Below are positions 38,713 through 48,977 of a DNA stretch of 64,000 nucleotides, piece by piece; position 1 is the stretch's first letter, and every line of letters begins with the position of its first letter. A program made the position numbers and the translations under genes. Source of the DNA: a plasmid. The notes under the pieces were generated by a model. It was not told the origin of the DNA and did no database searches. It saw only the letters and a list, made by a program, of their open reading frames with translations. The stretch is from the sequence record NC_009705.1; one strand, given 5' to 3'.

Positions 38713-39843
38713 ATGAGCGAACTGATAAAACACAGCAGTAACTTTTTAGCCGCGATCTCGCCGGACAACGATTGCTCTATCACAGCAACGAATGACTTCG
38801 AAGCGATGATGTCATGGCTTAATGGGTATAAAAAAAAGCCAATCAATACATCAAGAAACTACGCGAGAGAAGTTAAGCGCTACCTCATTTGGCTATCATG
38901 CCAAGGTTTAACGCTAGCTCAGGTAAAAATTGAGGACGTCTATGAGTATTTTAACCTACTAGAACGCCCAACAACTGAGTGGATCATTCCAGACAAAAAG
39001 ACCGACAAAATATACCCAACTCAACTGATCAAGTATGGTGGCTTATCTAATCGCTCAATCAACTATACCCACACCGTACTTGGCCTATTTTACTCATTTC
39101 TGCAAGATGCAGGCTATTTAACGAAAAACCCGATAAATCTGGTCAAAAAAGCCAGCGCAACTACTGAAAGTGAGCAATATCGGCATTTAGACTTACCCGC
39201 TTGGCAAACTCTTTGGACTTGGATACTGGGGTACGAGAACCGCGTAATCACAGAGGATCAACCAGCCAAGATGATAAAAAAAGCGAGTCGCTACCGATGG
39301 GTGTTTGCCTTGCTCTACCATTCTGGCATTCGCTGTGCAGAAGCGGCAAACGCGCTGATGAGTGATTTAGTTCGTAAAAACAATACATGGTCTCTGAAAG
39401 TCACGGGTAAAGGAAACAAAATGCGACTTGTGACTGTAAACAGCCTTCTGCTGAAAGAGCTGATCCACTATAGGCGCTCCCTTCTTTTAACTGACTACCC
39501 TTCAAGTCATGATGATACCCCCTTGATCGTCTCGATACAGAAAAACAGACAAGGCTCCATGACGACAAGAACACTGTCTTCATTAATCAAAGAGGTGACA
39601 GAGCTGGTATGCGCAGATTGCCAAGATGATCAAATCACTCGTCAGATTGAAACCATGACGACTCACTGGTTACGCCACACTAACGCGACACACCGTTTTA
39701 TGGCAGGAGCCAGCCTTGAAACAACCCAAGATGAGTTAGGCCATGCAGACCCAAGAACAACACGTATTTATGCCAAGACATCGAACGAAAAAAGGAAATT
39801 AGATGCCGAAAGACTGGCTGATTTATTTGATGGCATCGGTTGA
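38713..39843 (+). CDS. Tyrosine site-specific recombinase/integrase
   Basis: C-terminal catalytic region 'THWLRHTNATHRFMAGASLETTQDELGHADPRTTRIYAKT' (HxxR...Y). Not IntI-like. Confidence 0.7.
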   Translation: MSELIKHSSNFLAAISPDNDCSITATNDFEAMMSWLNGYKKKPINTSRNYAREVKRYLIWLSCQGLTLAQVKIEDVYEYFNLLERPTTEWIIPDKKTDKIYPTQLIKYGGLSNRSINYTHTVLGLFYSFLQDAGYLTKNPINLVKKASATTESEQYRHLDLPAWQTLWTWILGYENRVITEDQPAKMIKKASRYRWVFALLYHSGIRCAEAANALMSDLVRKNNTWSLKVTGKGNKMRLVTVNSLLLKELIHYRRSLLLTDYPSSHDDTPLIVSIQKNRQGSMTTRTLSSLIKEVTELVCADCQDDQITRQIETMTTHWLRHTNATHRFMAGASLETTQDELGHADPRTTRIYAKTSNEKRKLDAERLADLFDGIG

Positions 39844-39976
39844 TCTGAATATTTAGATAATATAATATTCATAACGTTACTCTTTGCCTAATCGTGTTTA
39901 TTATGGTTTTATTCTGAGGCGTCAGAATTGAATAAACATATTATCCGATGAGTAATGAAACATCGCCAAAAGAAAG

Positions 39977-40010
39977 AGGGCCGCAGCGAAAGCTGTGGCC
40001 CTCACCTTTT
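39977..40010. terminator. Bidirectional terminator hairpin AGGGCCGCAGC-GAAA-GCTGTGGCCCT flanked by T runs
   Basis: Between the convergent integrase gene and the wHTH gene. Confidence 0.55.
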
Positions 40011-40085
40011 ATATCATTATCATTTAGGATTTACCCTATTTACTTGGCTATAACATTCATAGTAAAGGGATTTTGCTAATAGTCA

Positions 40086-40397
40086 CTATTCGTTACTTAT
40101 CAAACCAGTTGGCAATTTCTTTAGATACTCTTTATTTATTTCACCAAACTTTCTTTTAAATACATCCTGCTCAATAATACCCCAATTAGATATTAAGTAG
40201 AAACCACATCCTGACTGCTGGATATATTTTATTTCCAGTCTATATTCTTTTTTAATAGACTTAAGTAGTCTCACAATACTTGTATCGGGTATACCAGTAT
40301 GTTCTGATAAATCCTTTTTAGACGGTTGGTCTAAATCAGTTAAAGCATTTAGTAGTGCATACTTTCTGGCGGTATCCCGTGATAATTTGTCCATCAT
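40086..40397 (-). CDS. Winged-helix DNA-binding protein (103 aa)
   Basis: 'KKDLSEHTGIPDTSIVRLLKSIKKE' is HTH-like. Precedes the ParB-like gene. Confidence 0.4.
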   Translation of the reverse strand: MMDKLSRDTARKYALLNALTDLDQPSKKDLSEHTGIPDTSIVRLLKSIKKEYRLEIKYIQQSGCGFYLISNWGIIEQDVFKRKFGEINKEYLKKLPTGLISNE

Positions 40398-40451
40398 ACC
40401 GCTCTCTTAGACAAAAGGGAGCTAAAGCCCCCTCTTATCAACTACATCGAA

Positions 40452-41609
40452 TTAAGCAGCATTAGCACTGGTCTGCTGGGCCTGTTCTGAATCATTCGTC
40501 TCAGTTTGACCACCATCTTCTAGGGGGATCGATGGATCTGTTTCAGTAACTACACCCAACGCTTTTAAATTGTCCTCATCGAACTTATCTAACATGGCTT
40601 TCATTTCACGCAACATTTCAAATTCGGCTACGGGAATAACAACCTGTACTTCTGATGCGCCCTCCTCAACAATAATACTGTCATCATTAGTGAGGAAAGT
40701 TAATTTTGATACGCTATCATGTACTTTATCAACCATGCCTTTAGGTAAACGTTTAGGTTTTAAATCACTAGGCTTAATTAAAGCACGACGCTGCTGTTTT
40801 GGCTGGATACCGTTATCTTCAGGGGTGTTATTACTTCCAGATTCACTTCCCTCTGTACCCTGAGTTTCGGATGTTGACTTCTCTGCTATAAGTTTGTCAC
40901 GTCTTTCTGCCTGTTCTCTTTCTTTAATTGTAAGTACCGCTTCTATTTGCTGTATTGCTTTTTCAGCCCCAAACTCTCTGTAGACATCTAGAGTATTTGT
41001 CCAAGAGGTGATATTGGTAGCAATAAAATATTTCAAACGTTTTGGCAAACTCAGTAATTCTAAGATATTTTTAACTTGATTTACCGTACAACCGCGCCAT
41101 TCAGCAATTCGTTTTTCGTCCCAACCATGATTCATCATTCGTTGGTATACACGCCCCTGTGCTAAAGCAGTTACCTTCAAACCATCTTGGGATGTAAGAA
41201 TAAGCATATCTTGCTTTTCTTCATCACCCTTATTCTCGGTAACATGAATAAGTGAAATGTCTGTTCCCTCAGAAATAAGTTCAAGAATTGAATAAAGACG
41301 GCAATTACCGTCACGAAGGTAAGCAATTCCATCAATGACTTGAACTATTAGAGCCGGAGGGAGCAAACTGCCATCTTTATATGCTTTTTTTAAACGATTG
41401 ATGTATGCTCTGTTTTCATCTAAAGCAACAAATTCTTCGAAACTATCAAAACCTTCAGCGCGAGTATTAAAGTTGGGATCAATTTTAATCAATCGAGGAT
41501 CAATATAAAATCCATCATCAGTTCGCTTGGCGCGATGATCTTCAGTTTTTTTAATTTCTTTTACAAATGCAGTTAAGGATTGTGGTAATTTTTTACGTTG
41601 TTCGTTCAT
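40452..41609 (-). CDS. ParB/KorB-like protein (ParB N-terminal nuclease-like domain)
   Basis: 'LIKIDPNFNTRAEGF' corresponds to the ParB box ('I.IDPNQPR'). Acidic, disordered C-terminal half. Confidence 0.55.
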   Translation of the reverse strand: MNEQRKKLPQSLTAFVKEIKKTEDHRAKRTDDGFYIDPRLIKIDPNFNTRAEGFDSFEEFVALDENRAYINRLKKAYKDGSLLPPALIVQVIDGIAYLRDGNCRLYSILELISEGTDISLIHVTENKGDEEKQDMLILTSQDGLKVTALAQGRVYQRMMNHGWDEKRIAEWRGCTVNQVKNILELLSLPKRLKYFIATNITSWTNTLDVYREFGAEKAIQQIEAVLTIKEREQAERRDKLIAEKSTSETQGTEGSESGSNNTPEDNGIQPKQQRRALIKPSDLKPKRLPKGMVDKVHDSVSKLTFLTNDDSIIVEEGASEVQVVIPVAEFEMLREMKAMLDKFDEDNLKALGVVTETDPSIPLEDGGQTETNDSEQAQQTSANAA

Positions 41610-41699
41610 TTATTTTTCCTCGCCAAAAGAAAAGTTGTTTTAAAATAAACTCCTGCGTTGGAGTGGTCGTAGTATAACTTGCTATTACCGCAGCATGTC

Positions 41700-42000
41700 A
41701 AACTGTTTTTAAACTAAAATCGATTTTATTTTCAATTTCATGATCTAGATTAGGTTAAAAACAACATTCAAACTTTGAAAACTTCCGGTGCCTGTTTTCA
41801 ATTTATAAATTGAAAACAGGAAAGAACATAAGTTGAAAACATGGACAACTTAACGTCAAATGGTTTTTAACCTTATGATAAGAATGCTAATTTCTTAAAT
41901 TTGATAAACTGAATAATTAAGCATTATTGATTAAGAGAGGATTTTTAGTTTTCAATTTGACTTACTGCAACCGTTTTCCCTTCCAGACAAAGAGAATTGA
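41700..42000. repeat. AT-rich repeat region with at least 6 copies of TTGAAAAC/GTTTTCAATTT, including a perfect 30-bp palindrome at 41791-41820 (CCTGTTTTCAATTTATAAATTGAAAACAGG). Candidate parS/iteron/origin-like site.
   Basis: Motifs counted by eye. Lies just upstream of the ParB-like gene. Confidence 0.5.
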
Positions 42001-42333
42001 ATAAATTGATTTTGAAAATTGTGATGCTGTCAAACAACAATGAATACTCCATGAGAAAAACTATACGGCGTGACAGCGAATAACTTTAATACCAGATATC
42101 AACCTTATGCCCCTGTGCGTCATTGATTTGCCATATCATGTGTAAGTCGCAAGTTGCTACAGGGCAGCTAGCACCTGCTACAGCCTGTCCTGCTGCTGCC
42201 AATTTGAGATCCAATGATGATATGTTATTCTATAGCCACTTTAGAGCATTTCAGGCATCGCCCCACCTCTTGATGTCTGGTTAATACAATCTAAAGAGTG
42301 GTGTTTAGCACCACACCCCTTTTTTACCTGCTC

Positions 42334-42369
42334 AAAACGGCGCTTCCCCAAAGCGCCGTTTTTTTTAAT
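42334..42369. terminator. Strong hairpin AAAACGGCGCTT-CCCCA-AAGCGCCGTTTTTTTT (bidirectional terminator)
   Basis: 10-bp perfect stem flanked by A4 and T8. Confidence 0.7.
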
Positions 42370-42388
42370 ACAAAAATGATAAGTTTAA

Positions 42389-43120
42389 TTGTTATTAAAA
42401 TTCTGTTTTTACCCCTCCATATCGACTACTATGTTAAAAACAAACTTCATCTTGAGACTTGCTATGTTTAACTATTCGATTACATCTGAATTCATAAATG
42501 AAAAAGTGTCTGAAGCAATCTCGCAAAATTTCGATTCTCATGGGAATGGCCTTCAGTCTGGTTTCATTTCACTTATGGTTTTAAAAGGCAATGAAGTTTT
42601 GAAAGATGTGCCTATCGTCTTTGAAATGTTTTCTCTTCTAGCTTATGCAACATCAAAGTTTCCTATCGCAGTCTTTGACTTTGAAAACGACGCTGAGATT
42701 GATCTGAATCAATTTAAAAACACAATAGTAGTTTCTGAAGCTAAAAATAAATTAATTTTATTGCTTACAGTAAATGCTGGTGACTTACCTTATGTTGCTC
42801 ATTGGATTGCTGACTCTATTCCCAGCCAACAAGTCAAAAACATGGCTGGATTGTTAGCCATTCCATTTTCAATTGAATTACACGCAGGAAAACCATTTAT
42901 ATTGCCAGAATGGTGTGCCGCATTTTATGTAAACAATAATAGAGAGCATTGTATCCCTACAGTAACACTTCGTTCGATGGCGAATTCTAATATAGAAGCC
43001 TTTTCTGGTGACTGGATAGAGAATGCATTACATCGGCTATCATTTTTCAATTTACCAGTAAGAGATGCGCGAGAAGCAATTAAAACCGCCCCGCATGGGG
43101 CGACTAACACAAATAAATAA
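42389..43120 (+). CDS. Hypothetical protein (243 aa; an alternative start at 'MFNYSIT' near 42464 is possible)
   Basis: ORF only. Confidence 0.35.
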   Translation: MLLKFCFYPSISTTMLKTNFILRLAMFNYSITSEFINEKVSEAISQNFDSHGNGLQSGFISLMVLKGNEVLKDVPIVFEMFSLLAYATSKFPIAVFDFENDAEIDLNQFKNTIVVSEAKNKLILLLTVNAGDLPYVAHWIADSIPSQQVKNMAGLLAIPFSIELHAGKPFILPEWCAAFYVNNNREHCIPTVTLRSMANSNIEAFSGDWIENALHRLSFFNLPVRDAREAIKTAPHGATNTNK

Positions 43121-43208
43121 AAATGTCAATTTTATACAATATTTTCTTGCATTTCGATTTTAAATGTCTAATCTAGAATTATTCAAACAAAACAGCGTGA
43201 GGTGAGAA

Positions 43209-43700
43209 ATGGATAATTATTATAACTCTCTTGATTTTTCACTGAGCCAACGTGATATAGGTGAAAAAAACGGTTATCAACGTGGTATGCATGATGGCCA
43301 TGCTGCTGGTATCCAAGATGGCCGTACTCAAGTCATCAATGAAGCTAACACAACAATTCGTCAGCTCAATAAGCATGTGAGCGACCAAGATAACGAAATT
43401 GCTGAATTAAAAAAGCGGTTAGCCGCAAAGAACAATGAACTGGCTGAACTGAAAAATAACTTCAACCGCAATGCAGTGATAATGTCTGCCGAACGTAACA
43501 CCCTTGAAACCTTAGCCAGCAAGCAACCAGAACTTAAGGGCGTCATTGGTACAATATTCATGAGCAACTACAACACGCTATGTTCCGATGCCATGAGTAA
43601 GGGCCATTTCAAAGCTAACATGCTCGACGACAAAGATTATGCTGTGATTGCACCTAAAACAGTTAACTTTTTACAAAACATGAATACCTACTCCAAATAG
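43209..43700 (+). CDS. Hypothetical protein (163 aa) with coiled-coil segment
   Basis: GAGGTGAGAA RBS. Confidence 0.4.
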   Translation: MDNYYNSLDFSLSQRDIGEKNGYQRGMHDGHAAGIQDGRTQVINEANTTIRQLNKHVSDQDNEIAELKKRLAAKNNELAELKNNFNRNAVIMSAERNTLETLASKQPELKGVIGTIFMSNYNTLCSDAMSKGHFKANMLDDKDYAVIAPKTVNFLQNMNTYSK

Positions 43701-43724
43701 CTTGAACTCAGTGGGCATCAATTG

Positions 43725-43750
43725 AAAAGGGAGCCAAAGCTCCCTTTTTT
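43725..43750. terminator. Bidirectional terminator AAAAGGGAGC-CAAA-GCTCCCTTTTTT
   Basis: Between the convergent 43209 gene and the DotA-like gene. Confidence 0.65.
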
Positions 43751-46271
43751 AATATTCGCCTGATCCTGCATCGGGTGTTTCACTTTGGTAAAACGTCTCA
43801 TCCTTACTAATCCCGCTCGCACTTCCTCTAGAGTCAGTGCTCCTAGTATCAACTGGATTGCCAGATGAAGATGATGATGAGCTACCACGCCCAGCATGAC
43901 TTGAACCACCTCCTTTACCACCACCCCCTGTATCAGGTGAATTAGCACCGTGCGGTGAGATAACTTCAGATGAAGCAATATGTTCATCTCTTCTGATCGG
44001 TTTTTCTAACCTGCTGTCAGTTCCTCCCCCCCCACTCTTCTCTAACCCGCCACGGGAACCAATGCGCGCCAGTGGACTATTTGGTGGCAACATATCATCA
44101 CGCCCAATACGCTCAAATCCTCCACGCATATTCGAACTGGCGCTGGTTTCCCCCAGATCACTGATACCAATGTTAATCCATTTCAAAACGTGATCAGGCA
44201 AGATTTGTGGCAACGAAAAACACATATACATGATGGCCAACAGCACTACACTGAACAACATCATCCACCACCCGAAACTAAAGAATTGGCTAATTGAGCC
44301 TATAACACCCGTAGATGTACCAATAGCCGCTTGAGTATCAAGAAATGCTTGGGCAGTAAAATCGATCATTGGATCTATGACAAGAATAGCCGCAAATAAA
44401 CCGATAACCGCAAGCGCTGGTCGAACAAAAAGAGCCAACAGCAGCAAGTAACCTTGAGTTTGTGAGCCAATGAATGACCGCTCAGGGGTCATATGCATCA
44501 TCGCCCATAAACAGACTGCGATAACGGTTTGCAACACAGCTAAAGTCCAGCCTGCATAAACAATCATAAAAATGGTATTTGGCATGGCAGGCAGTAACAC
44601 TGAGAAATACATCGCCATCGGCGTCAGAAAACGCAATATTGAGGTAAGCTGCGCAACGGGAACAGCAATAACCCAATCCCATAGAGGCGTTGTGACTTTA
44701 TCCGTATCAACCCCGATCCCCATGATTTTTACTGATGAGGCAGCACCAGATAAAATCCTGACAGATGTTGTCGCAGTTTCTAATATGTAAATTGAAGTCT
44801 GAACACTGCCTGACATAACCGACAGATAATCACCGATGCATTTCATTCTATTGACTGATCCTCCCATCTGGCCAGCAGTGCCACAGGCTAAGGATTTACT
44901 GTTACCCCCCGCATCAATCGCTGTATCAATAACCGTGCGCATCACACCATTAGTAAAAGAAGACATCTTGTCATCCATATCCTTTTGTAACGATCCTATA
45001 TCGATAGAATCAACACTTTTGGGAATGGCATTAGCAATGTCTTGAGGGACGGCAACTTTGTTACTGTAGGCATCTTTAGACTCGGCACTTTTTATAATTC
45101 GCTCAGCGACAGTATTAACCGATGAAACGAGTTGTGTTGTTCGTGCATCGACAGGCATGGCCACAAAACTGGGGGATGAAACTTTGCCTACTTGAGCAGA
45201 CATCACACCGGCAATCGCTCCCCTGATTGCTCCCACCTTTTGGAACCATGCGGCAGACTCAGCCCAACCATTCTTGATAATCGTCTCAACATACATATCC
45301 ATTGTTCTGCTTAGCTGATTACCCCCGGCTTCACCTTGACCACTGGCATCAGTAGCAATTTGATTTTCAGCTTGAACAACGATTTCATTTAATTTATTAG
45401 CATCTACCTGACTCCACCCCTCATCATTTAGCGTGACTGGCCATGTAGAAACCCAAGCATTAATGCTGTTCATTACCTGTTGGGCGACTTGCTGTTTTTC
45501 CGACTGCAAAGTTTCATGTAAGGTCTCTAAGATCTGATCCGAAGCAGAAGTCTTACTGACGGCTTTATAGTGAGTCAAAGTGACGGAACCACAGAAGGGT
45601 AAACCCCCGCCCAAATTTGTCGCGGCGTTACTGTCACGATAAACAAATGAGATATCACCATTAATGTTGTTTATTTGTTCCTGCCCGACATTGGGGGTTG
45701 TTGTGTCATCTTTAAAAATACTATTTGCAACATGGGTACAATATGCCACAGAGATATAATTGTTAGCGAAGTCACGTAAGCCGTAATACTCTCCCGACTT
45801 ATTTATCCCGCCAACGATGGCATTGGGGGATAATATCCCAATAGAAACACCAGCTTTATATATGCCATTGGCAAATCCTACCCCCCATAATGTAATCATA
45901 AGTACAATGATCTGGATAATAGAATATCCGCTTGCGGTCGGTAACAAAACTGCGGCTCCAGAAACTAAGCGCAGAGTTGTCCAGACTGTAGACCATTGTT
46001 TGCCCATTGCTTCGCCATCGTTTGCAGTATTAGTTACACCGACAATGGCCACATAAGAAACAAGCATAGAGGCAACAATCAACAACCCGCTATTAAAGAA
46101 GCTAAACATCATTGCGAGGATATTTGAACTCGCAGCAACACTATTAGCGTCAGTTCCAAGAACCAAGCTATCAATAACACCACCAAAAACAGCTTTTAAA
46201 TGATTTACCGAAACATCAGAACATTGCCCCGCAGCATCACTAATCTCGCACGGTGAAAATGGCATACCCAT
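43749..46271 (-). CDS. DotA/TraY-like type IVB secretion polytopic membrane protein (840 aa)
   Basis: Topology is two N-terminal TM segments, a ~400-aa hydrophilic region, a cluster of 6-8 TM segments, then a Gly/Ser-rich tail. Size and context (DotB/DotD/IcmK/IcmL nearby) fit DotA/TraY. Confidence 0.45.
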   Translation of the reverse strand: MGMPFSPCEISDAAGQCSDVSVNHLKAVFGGVIDSLVLGTDANSVAASSNILAMMFSFFNSGLLIVASMLVSYVAIVGVTNTANDGEAMGKQWSTVWTTLRLVSGAAVLLPTASGYSIIQIIVLMITLWGVGFANGIYKAGVSIGILSPNAIVGGINKSGEYYGLRDFANNYISVAYCTHVANSIFKDDTTTPNVGQEQINNINGDISFVYRDSNAATNLGGGLPFCGSVTLTHYKAVSKTSASDQILETLHETLQSEKQQVAQQVMNSINAWVSTWPVTLNDEGWSQVDANKLNEIVVQAENQIATDASGQGEAGGNQLSRTMDMYVETIIKNGWAESAAWFQKVGAIRGAIAGVMSAQVGKVSSPSFVAMPVDARTTQLVSSVNTVAERIIKSAESKDAYSNKVAVPQDIANAIPKSVDSIDIGSLQKDMDDKMSSFTNGVMRTVIDTAIDAGGNSKSLACGTAGQMGGSVNRMKCIGDYLSVMSGSVQTSIYILETATTSVRILSGAASSVKIMGIGVDTDKVTTPLWDWVIAVPVAQLTSILRFLTPMAMYFSVLLPAMPNTIFMIVYAGWTLAVLQTVIAVCLWAMMHMTPERSFIGSQTQGYLLLLALFVRPALAVIGLFAAILVIDPMIDFTAQAFLDTQAAIGTSTGVIGSISQFFSFGWWMMLFSVVLLAIMYMCFSLPQILPDHVLKWINIGISDLGETSASSNMRGGFERIGRDDMLPPNSPLARIGSRGGLEKSGGGGTDSRLEKPIRRDEHIASSEVISPHGANSPDTGGGGKGGGSSHAGRGSSSSSSSGNPVDTRSTDSRGSASGISKDETFYQSETPDAGSGEY

Positions 46272-46465
46272 GCTAATTACCTCTATGGTATTTTACGTTT
46301 ATTTTTCCTGCTATTAATTTATATTACCTCACTATTGAAATACGGCCAAAGAATAACTGAATAAAACAAACCTTTTAAAATAACCATCAATTGGTATTTT
46401 TAATGATTCTACATAATCAATAACCCTCCGGTAATAAATAGGTTAAATTAATTATTTATTTCTCA

Positions 46466-47107
46466 ATGTACGCAGATAAGCGAGATATGCCGTGTTATGA
46501 TATCTGGAGAAATGAAATGACTTGTTTTAAAGGTGATGCTATGCAGCTTTCGGTAAAAGAAGCCTCATTCGCTGTGCTCGGATCAGTAATAATGCGTGAA
46601 AATGTCGTTGCAGGAACGAATGAAAAAATTGATATTAATGAAATTCTTTCTTCTTCGATAGGGGATTATCCCCCCTTCGCTATTATACAAAAAATGATGC
46701 TTGAGAAAGGAAGAGAGGCTATCAATGAATATATTGATATTCGCAATACTTCTAGTAGATTGTATACAACGGCAATAACAACAATACATTCAGCAGCAAT
46801 GATAAGTAGGCTTCACCATCAAGCTGCCATAGATAACATTTATGCTAAAGATCAAATTCGTGATGAAATCACTAAATCATTTCATGCCATTGAGAAAATG
46901 GACAGCAATAAGAGTGTGACAGACCGCTTTGAAAAGCTTTTAAGAAAAGAGATTATTACGGCGTTTCCAATGCAACAGGCTGATTTTGTTTCATCAATTA
47001 TTGACGAAGCAGAAAAAAATTATGTTAATCAAGTACAATCCGCAGTTTTAGCCAAATATAATTTAGCATCTGACCAAAAAGACGTTAATAACGATCTCGA
47101 TATGTGA
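46466..47107 (+). CDS. Hypothetical protein (213 aa)
   Basis: ORF only. Confidence 0.35.
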   Translation: MYADKRDMPCYDIWRNEMTCFKGDAMQLSVKEASFAVLGSVIMRENVVAGTNEKIDINEILSSSIGDYPPFAIIQKMMLEKGREAINEYIDIRNTSSRLYTTAITTIHSAAMISRLHHQAAIDNIYAKDQIRDEITKSFHAIEKMDSNKSVTDRFEKLLRKEIITAFPMQQADFVSSIIDEAEKNYVNQVQSAVLAKYNLASDQKDVNNDLDM

Positions 47108-47469
47108 GGAACCCTATGTTAGCACCTAGCGATTTTAAAGGGGTAATACAGCCGATATTTACCTCATCAGGACGTGAAAGCCTCGCATCAAGGCAATCAT
47201 CTTTACGAGAGTACAGTAATGATATAAAAGCAGCATTATCAATTTTACCGCCAGATGTTGTCTCTGGCGTGTTTAAGGAATACACCACGCCTACCCCAGA
47301 TATTTTGAATAACGTCATGAATGCTATGTTGACCAAAGAATTTGTTCTTGAGAACGCAGCACAAGGAAACAACATAGACAAAACATGGCTTGATTCTGGT
47401 GAAAAGCCAAGGAAAATTGACGAATCTAATTTAAGTTCTGAAGATGAATGGAACTCATTCGGTATGTAA
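47104..47469 (+). CDS. Hypothetical protein (121 aa), overlapping start/stop with upstream gene
   Basis: ATGTGA overlap. Confidence 0.35.
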   Translation: MRNPMLAPSDFKGVIQPIFTSSGRESLASRQSSLREYSNDIKAALSILPPDVVSGVFKEYTTPTPDILNNVMNAMLTKEFVLENAAQGNNIDKTWLDSGEKPRKIDESNLSSEDEWNSFGM

Positions 47470-47500
47470 GTCTAAATGCCCGATAGTCGGGCATTTACAT

Positions 47501-48385
47501 TTAATAGTAGCAAATCTGTGATGCTGCTTTCAACCGTGTTACAAACCGATGTGTATCACTTTTGCTATTGGTTGATGCCCCGTTATCCTTGGTATCAAGG
47601 TAACTTAGCGTCACATCGCAGTTGATAGGCAAGCCCAGCCCTATTTTCGCTAATCCACTCACGCTCATCGCATTGACTCGCTTAACATCACTTAAAAATA
47701 ACTGGTGATCCTTGTCAGTCTTAAATGTCATGGCCAGTGGCGACGGTATCACTTCAATGCCGTACTCAGTCCCATTAGCCGAACGGGGATAGACATTCAC
47801 TCGCACTTCGCTATACGCCATAGGAGATGTCTCTCTGAGCTTAAAAGCAGGCTGAGTGCTGTAAGACAATGTGAAGTCATTGTTATTTTTTAGTGTGGTT
47901 ATAACATTATGTGAAAGATCGTCCCAGTAAACCGTATTCTTATTACTGTACTCACCTGAGATTAGCTCTACTTTTTCATCATAAGGCAATCCAGCTAGCT
48001 TAAGACTATGCTGATCACTATTATAGCGAGAGCGACATTTATCATTCATCTCCGCATTGATATTGTGACTGTCAGATTTTGCAGTAAAGAGCATATAGCT
48101 TAAACAACCATAAGTTAATTTTCGATTTAAGTAACGTTCATTACCCTTTTGGTTCGGGAGATCTTCAGAAGTGAGTGAGTTATCAGCTACAGCTTTAGAG
48201 GCTACTACATTGTCTCCAGAACCAAATACTGAAGATAGATATTTACCAACAGGAGTCTCGGCCACAACTTCTGGGTTATTTGTAATTCTGACTTTGGTAC
48301 TACCATCTGGCTGCTTCTGAGAAGTGACACAAGCTGAAAGTAACAAAGCCAAAAAGCCTGTCAGAACCGCGCGTCTTCCTGCCAT
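47501..48385 (-). CDS. Lipoprotein (294 aa), a possible DotC/TraI-like T4BSS outer-membrane component
   Basis: 'LALLLSAC' lipobox. Size close to DotC. Homology not verified. Confidence 0.35.
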   Translation of the reverse strand: MAGRRAVLTGFLALLLSACVTSQKQPDGSTKVRITNNPEVVAETPVGKYLSSVFGSGDNVVASKAVADNSLTSEDLPNQKGNERYLNRKLTYGCLSYMLFTAKSDSHNINAEMNDKCRSRYNSDQHSLKLAGLPYDEKVELISGEYSNKNTVYWDDLSHNVITTLKNNNDFTLSYSTQPAFKLRETSPMAYSEVRVNVYPRSANGTEYGIEVIPSPLAMTFKTDKDHQLFLSDVKRVNAMSVSGLAKIGLGLPINCDVTLSYLDTKDNGASTNSKSDTHRFVTRLKAASQICYY

Positions 48386-48396
48386 AATTTTAATCC

Positions 48397-48963
48397 TTAT
48401 AAAAAATCAATATAGTTATTTTCACTGACTCGACTGTCATCAAATTGTGAAATTGTTTTTATGATGTTCCCTGACGATACGCATAAAGGACTTTTAATCT
48501 CCTCTCCCACTTCAACAACCTTGCCATTGACTACTTTAACGGCAAAGCAACGCAAAAAATCCACGCTGCTCATTTGCCGTAATTTTTGCTTACTGTCTAC
48601 AAGCAAGCCAATCGTTAGGGGCTTTATCTTGATATCCATGCACTCTACCCCTACTGTCGTGAAGTAGATCCTGTCATCTATTGTCACTAACTCTATTGGA
48701 AGCAAGGAGAGCCACACAGCCTCATTCGCCTGTACACCAAGGATCAGTTCATCATTATGAATACAATAGGTAAATCGCCCAGATTGGAGCGTTGAGAATA
48801 ACATAATCGATGACTTGTTAGGGTGCCGCGTAACTTCGTGCTGTCCAAAGGTATTTGCCCAACGTATAAAATTGCCATACGCGGCAACTTGCACTGCTGC
48901 CTTTGACAGTCTGGCTTTATCTTTTGCGCTGATATCATCTAGAGGATTTTTTTTCTCTGCCAT
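48397..48963 (-). CDS. Hypothetical protein (188 aa)
   Basis: ORF. Confidence 0.35.
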   Translation of the reverse strand: MAEKKNPLDDISAKDKARLSKAAVQVAAYGNFIRWANTFGQHEVTRHPNKSSIMLFSTLQSGRFTYCIHNDELILGVQANEAVWLSLLPIELVTIDDRIYFTTVGVECMDIKIKPLTIGLLVDSKQKLRQMSSVDFLRCFAVKVVNGKVVEVGEEIKSPLCVSSGNIIKTISQFDDSRVSENNYIDFL

Positions 48964-48977
48964 AGTAGCCTTCTATT

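Noticed and set aside
38713-39843. Integron integrase (IntI) call for the tyrosine recombinase next to the cassette-like region
   Set aside because: It lacks the IntI-specific extra domain and characteristic IntI N-terminal boxes. The sequence looks like a generic phage/ICE-type integrase.
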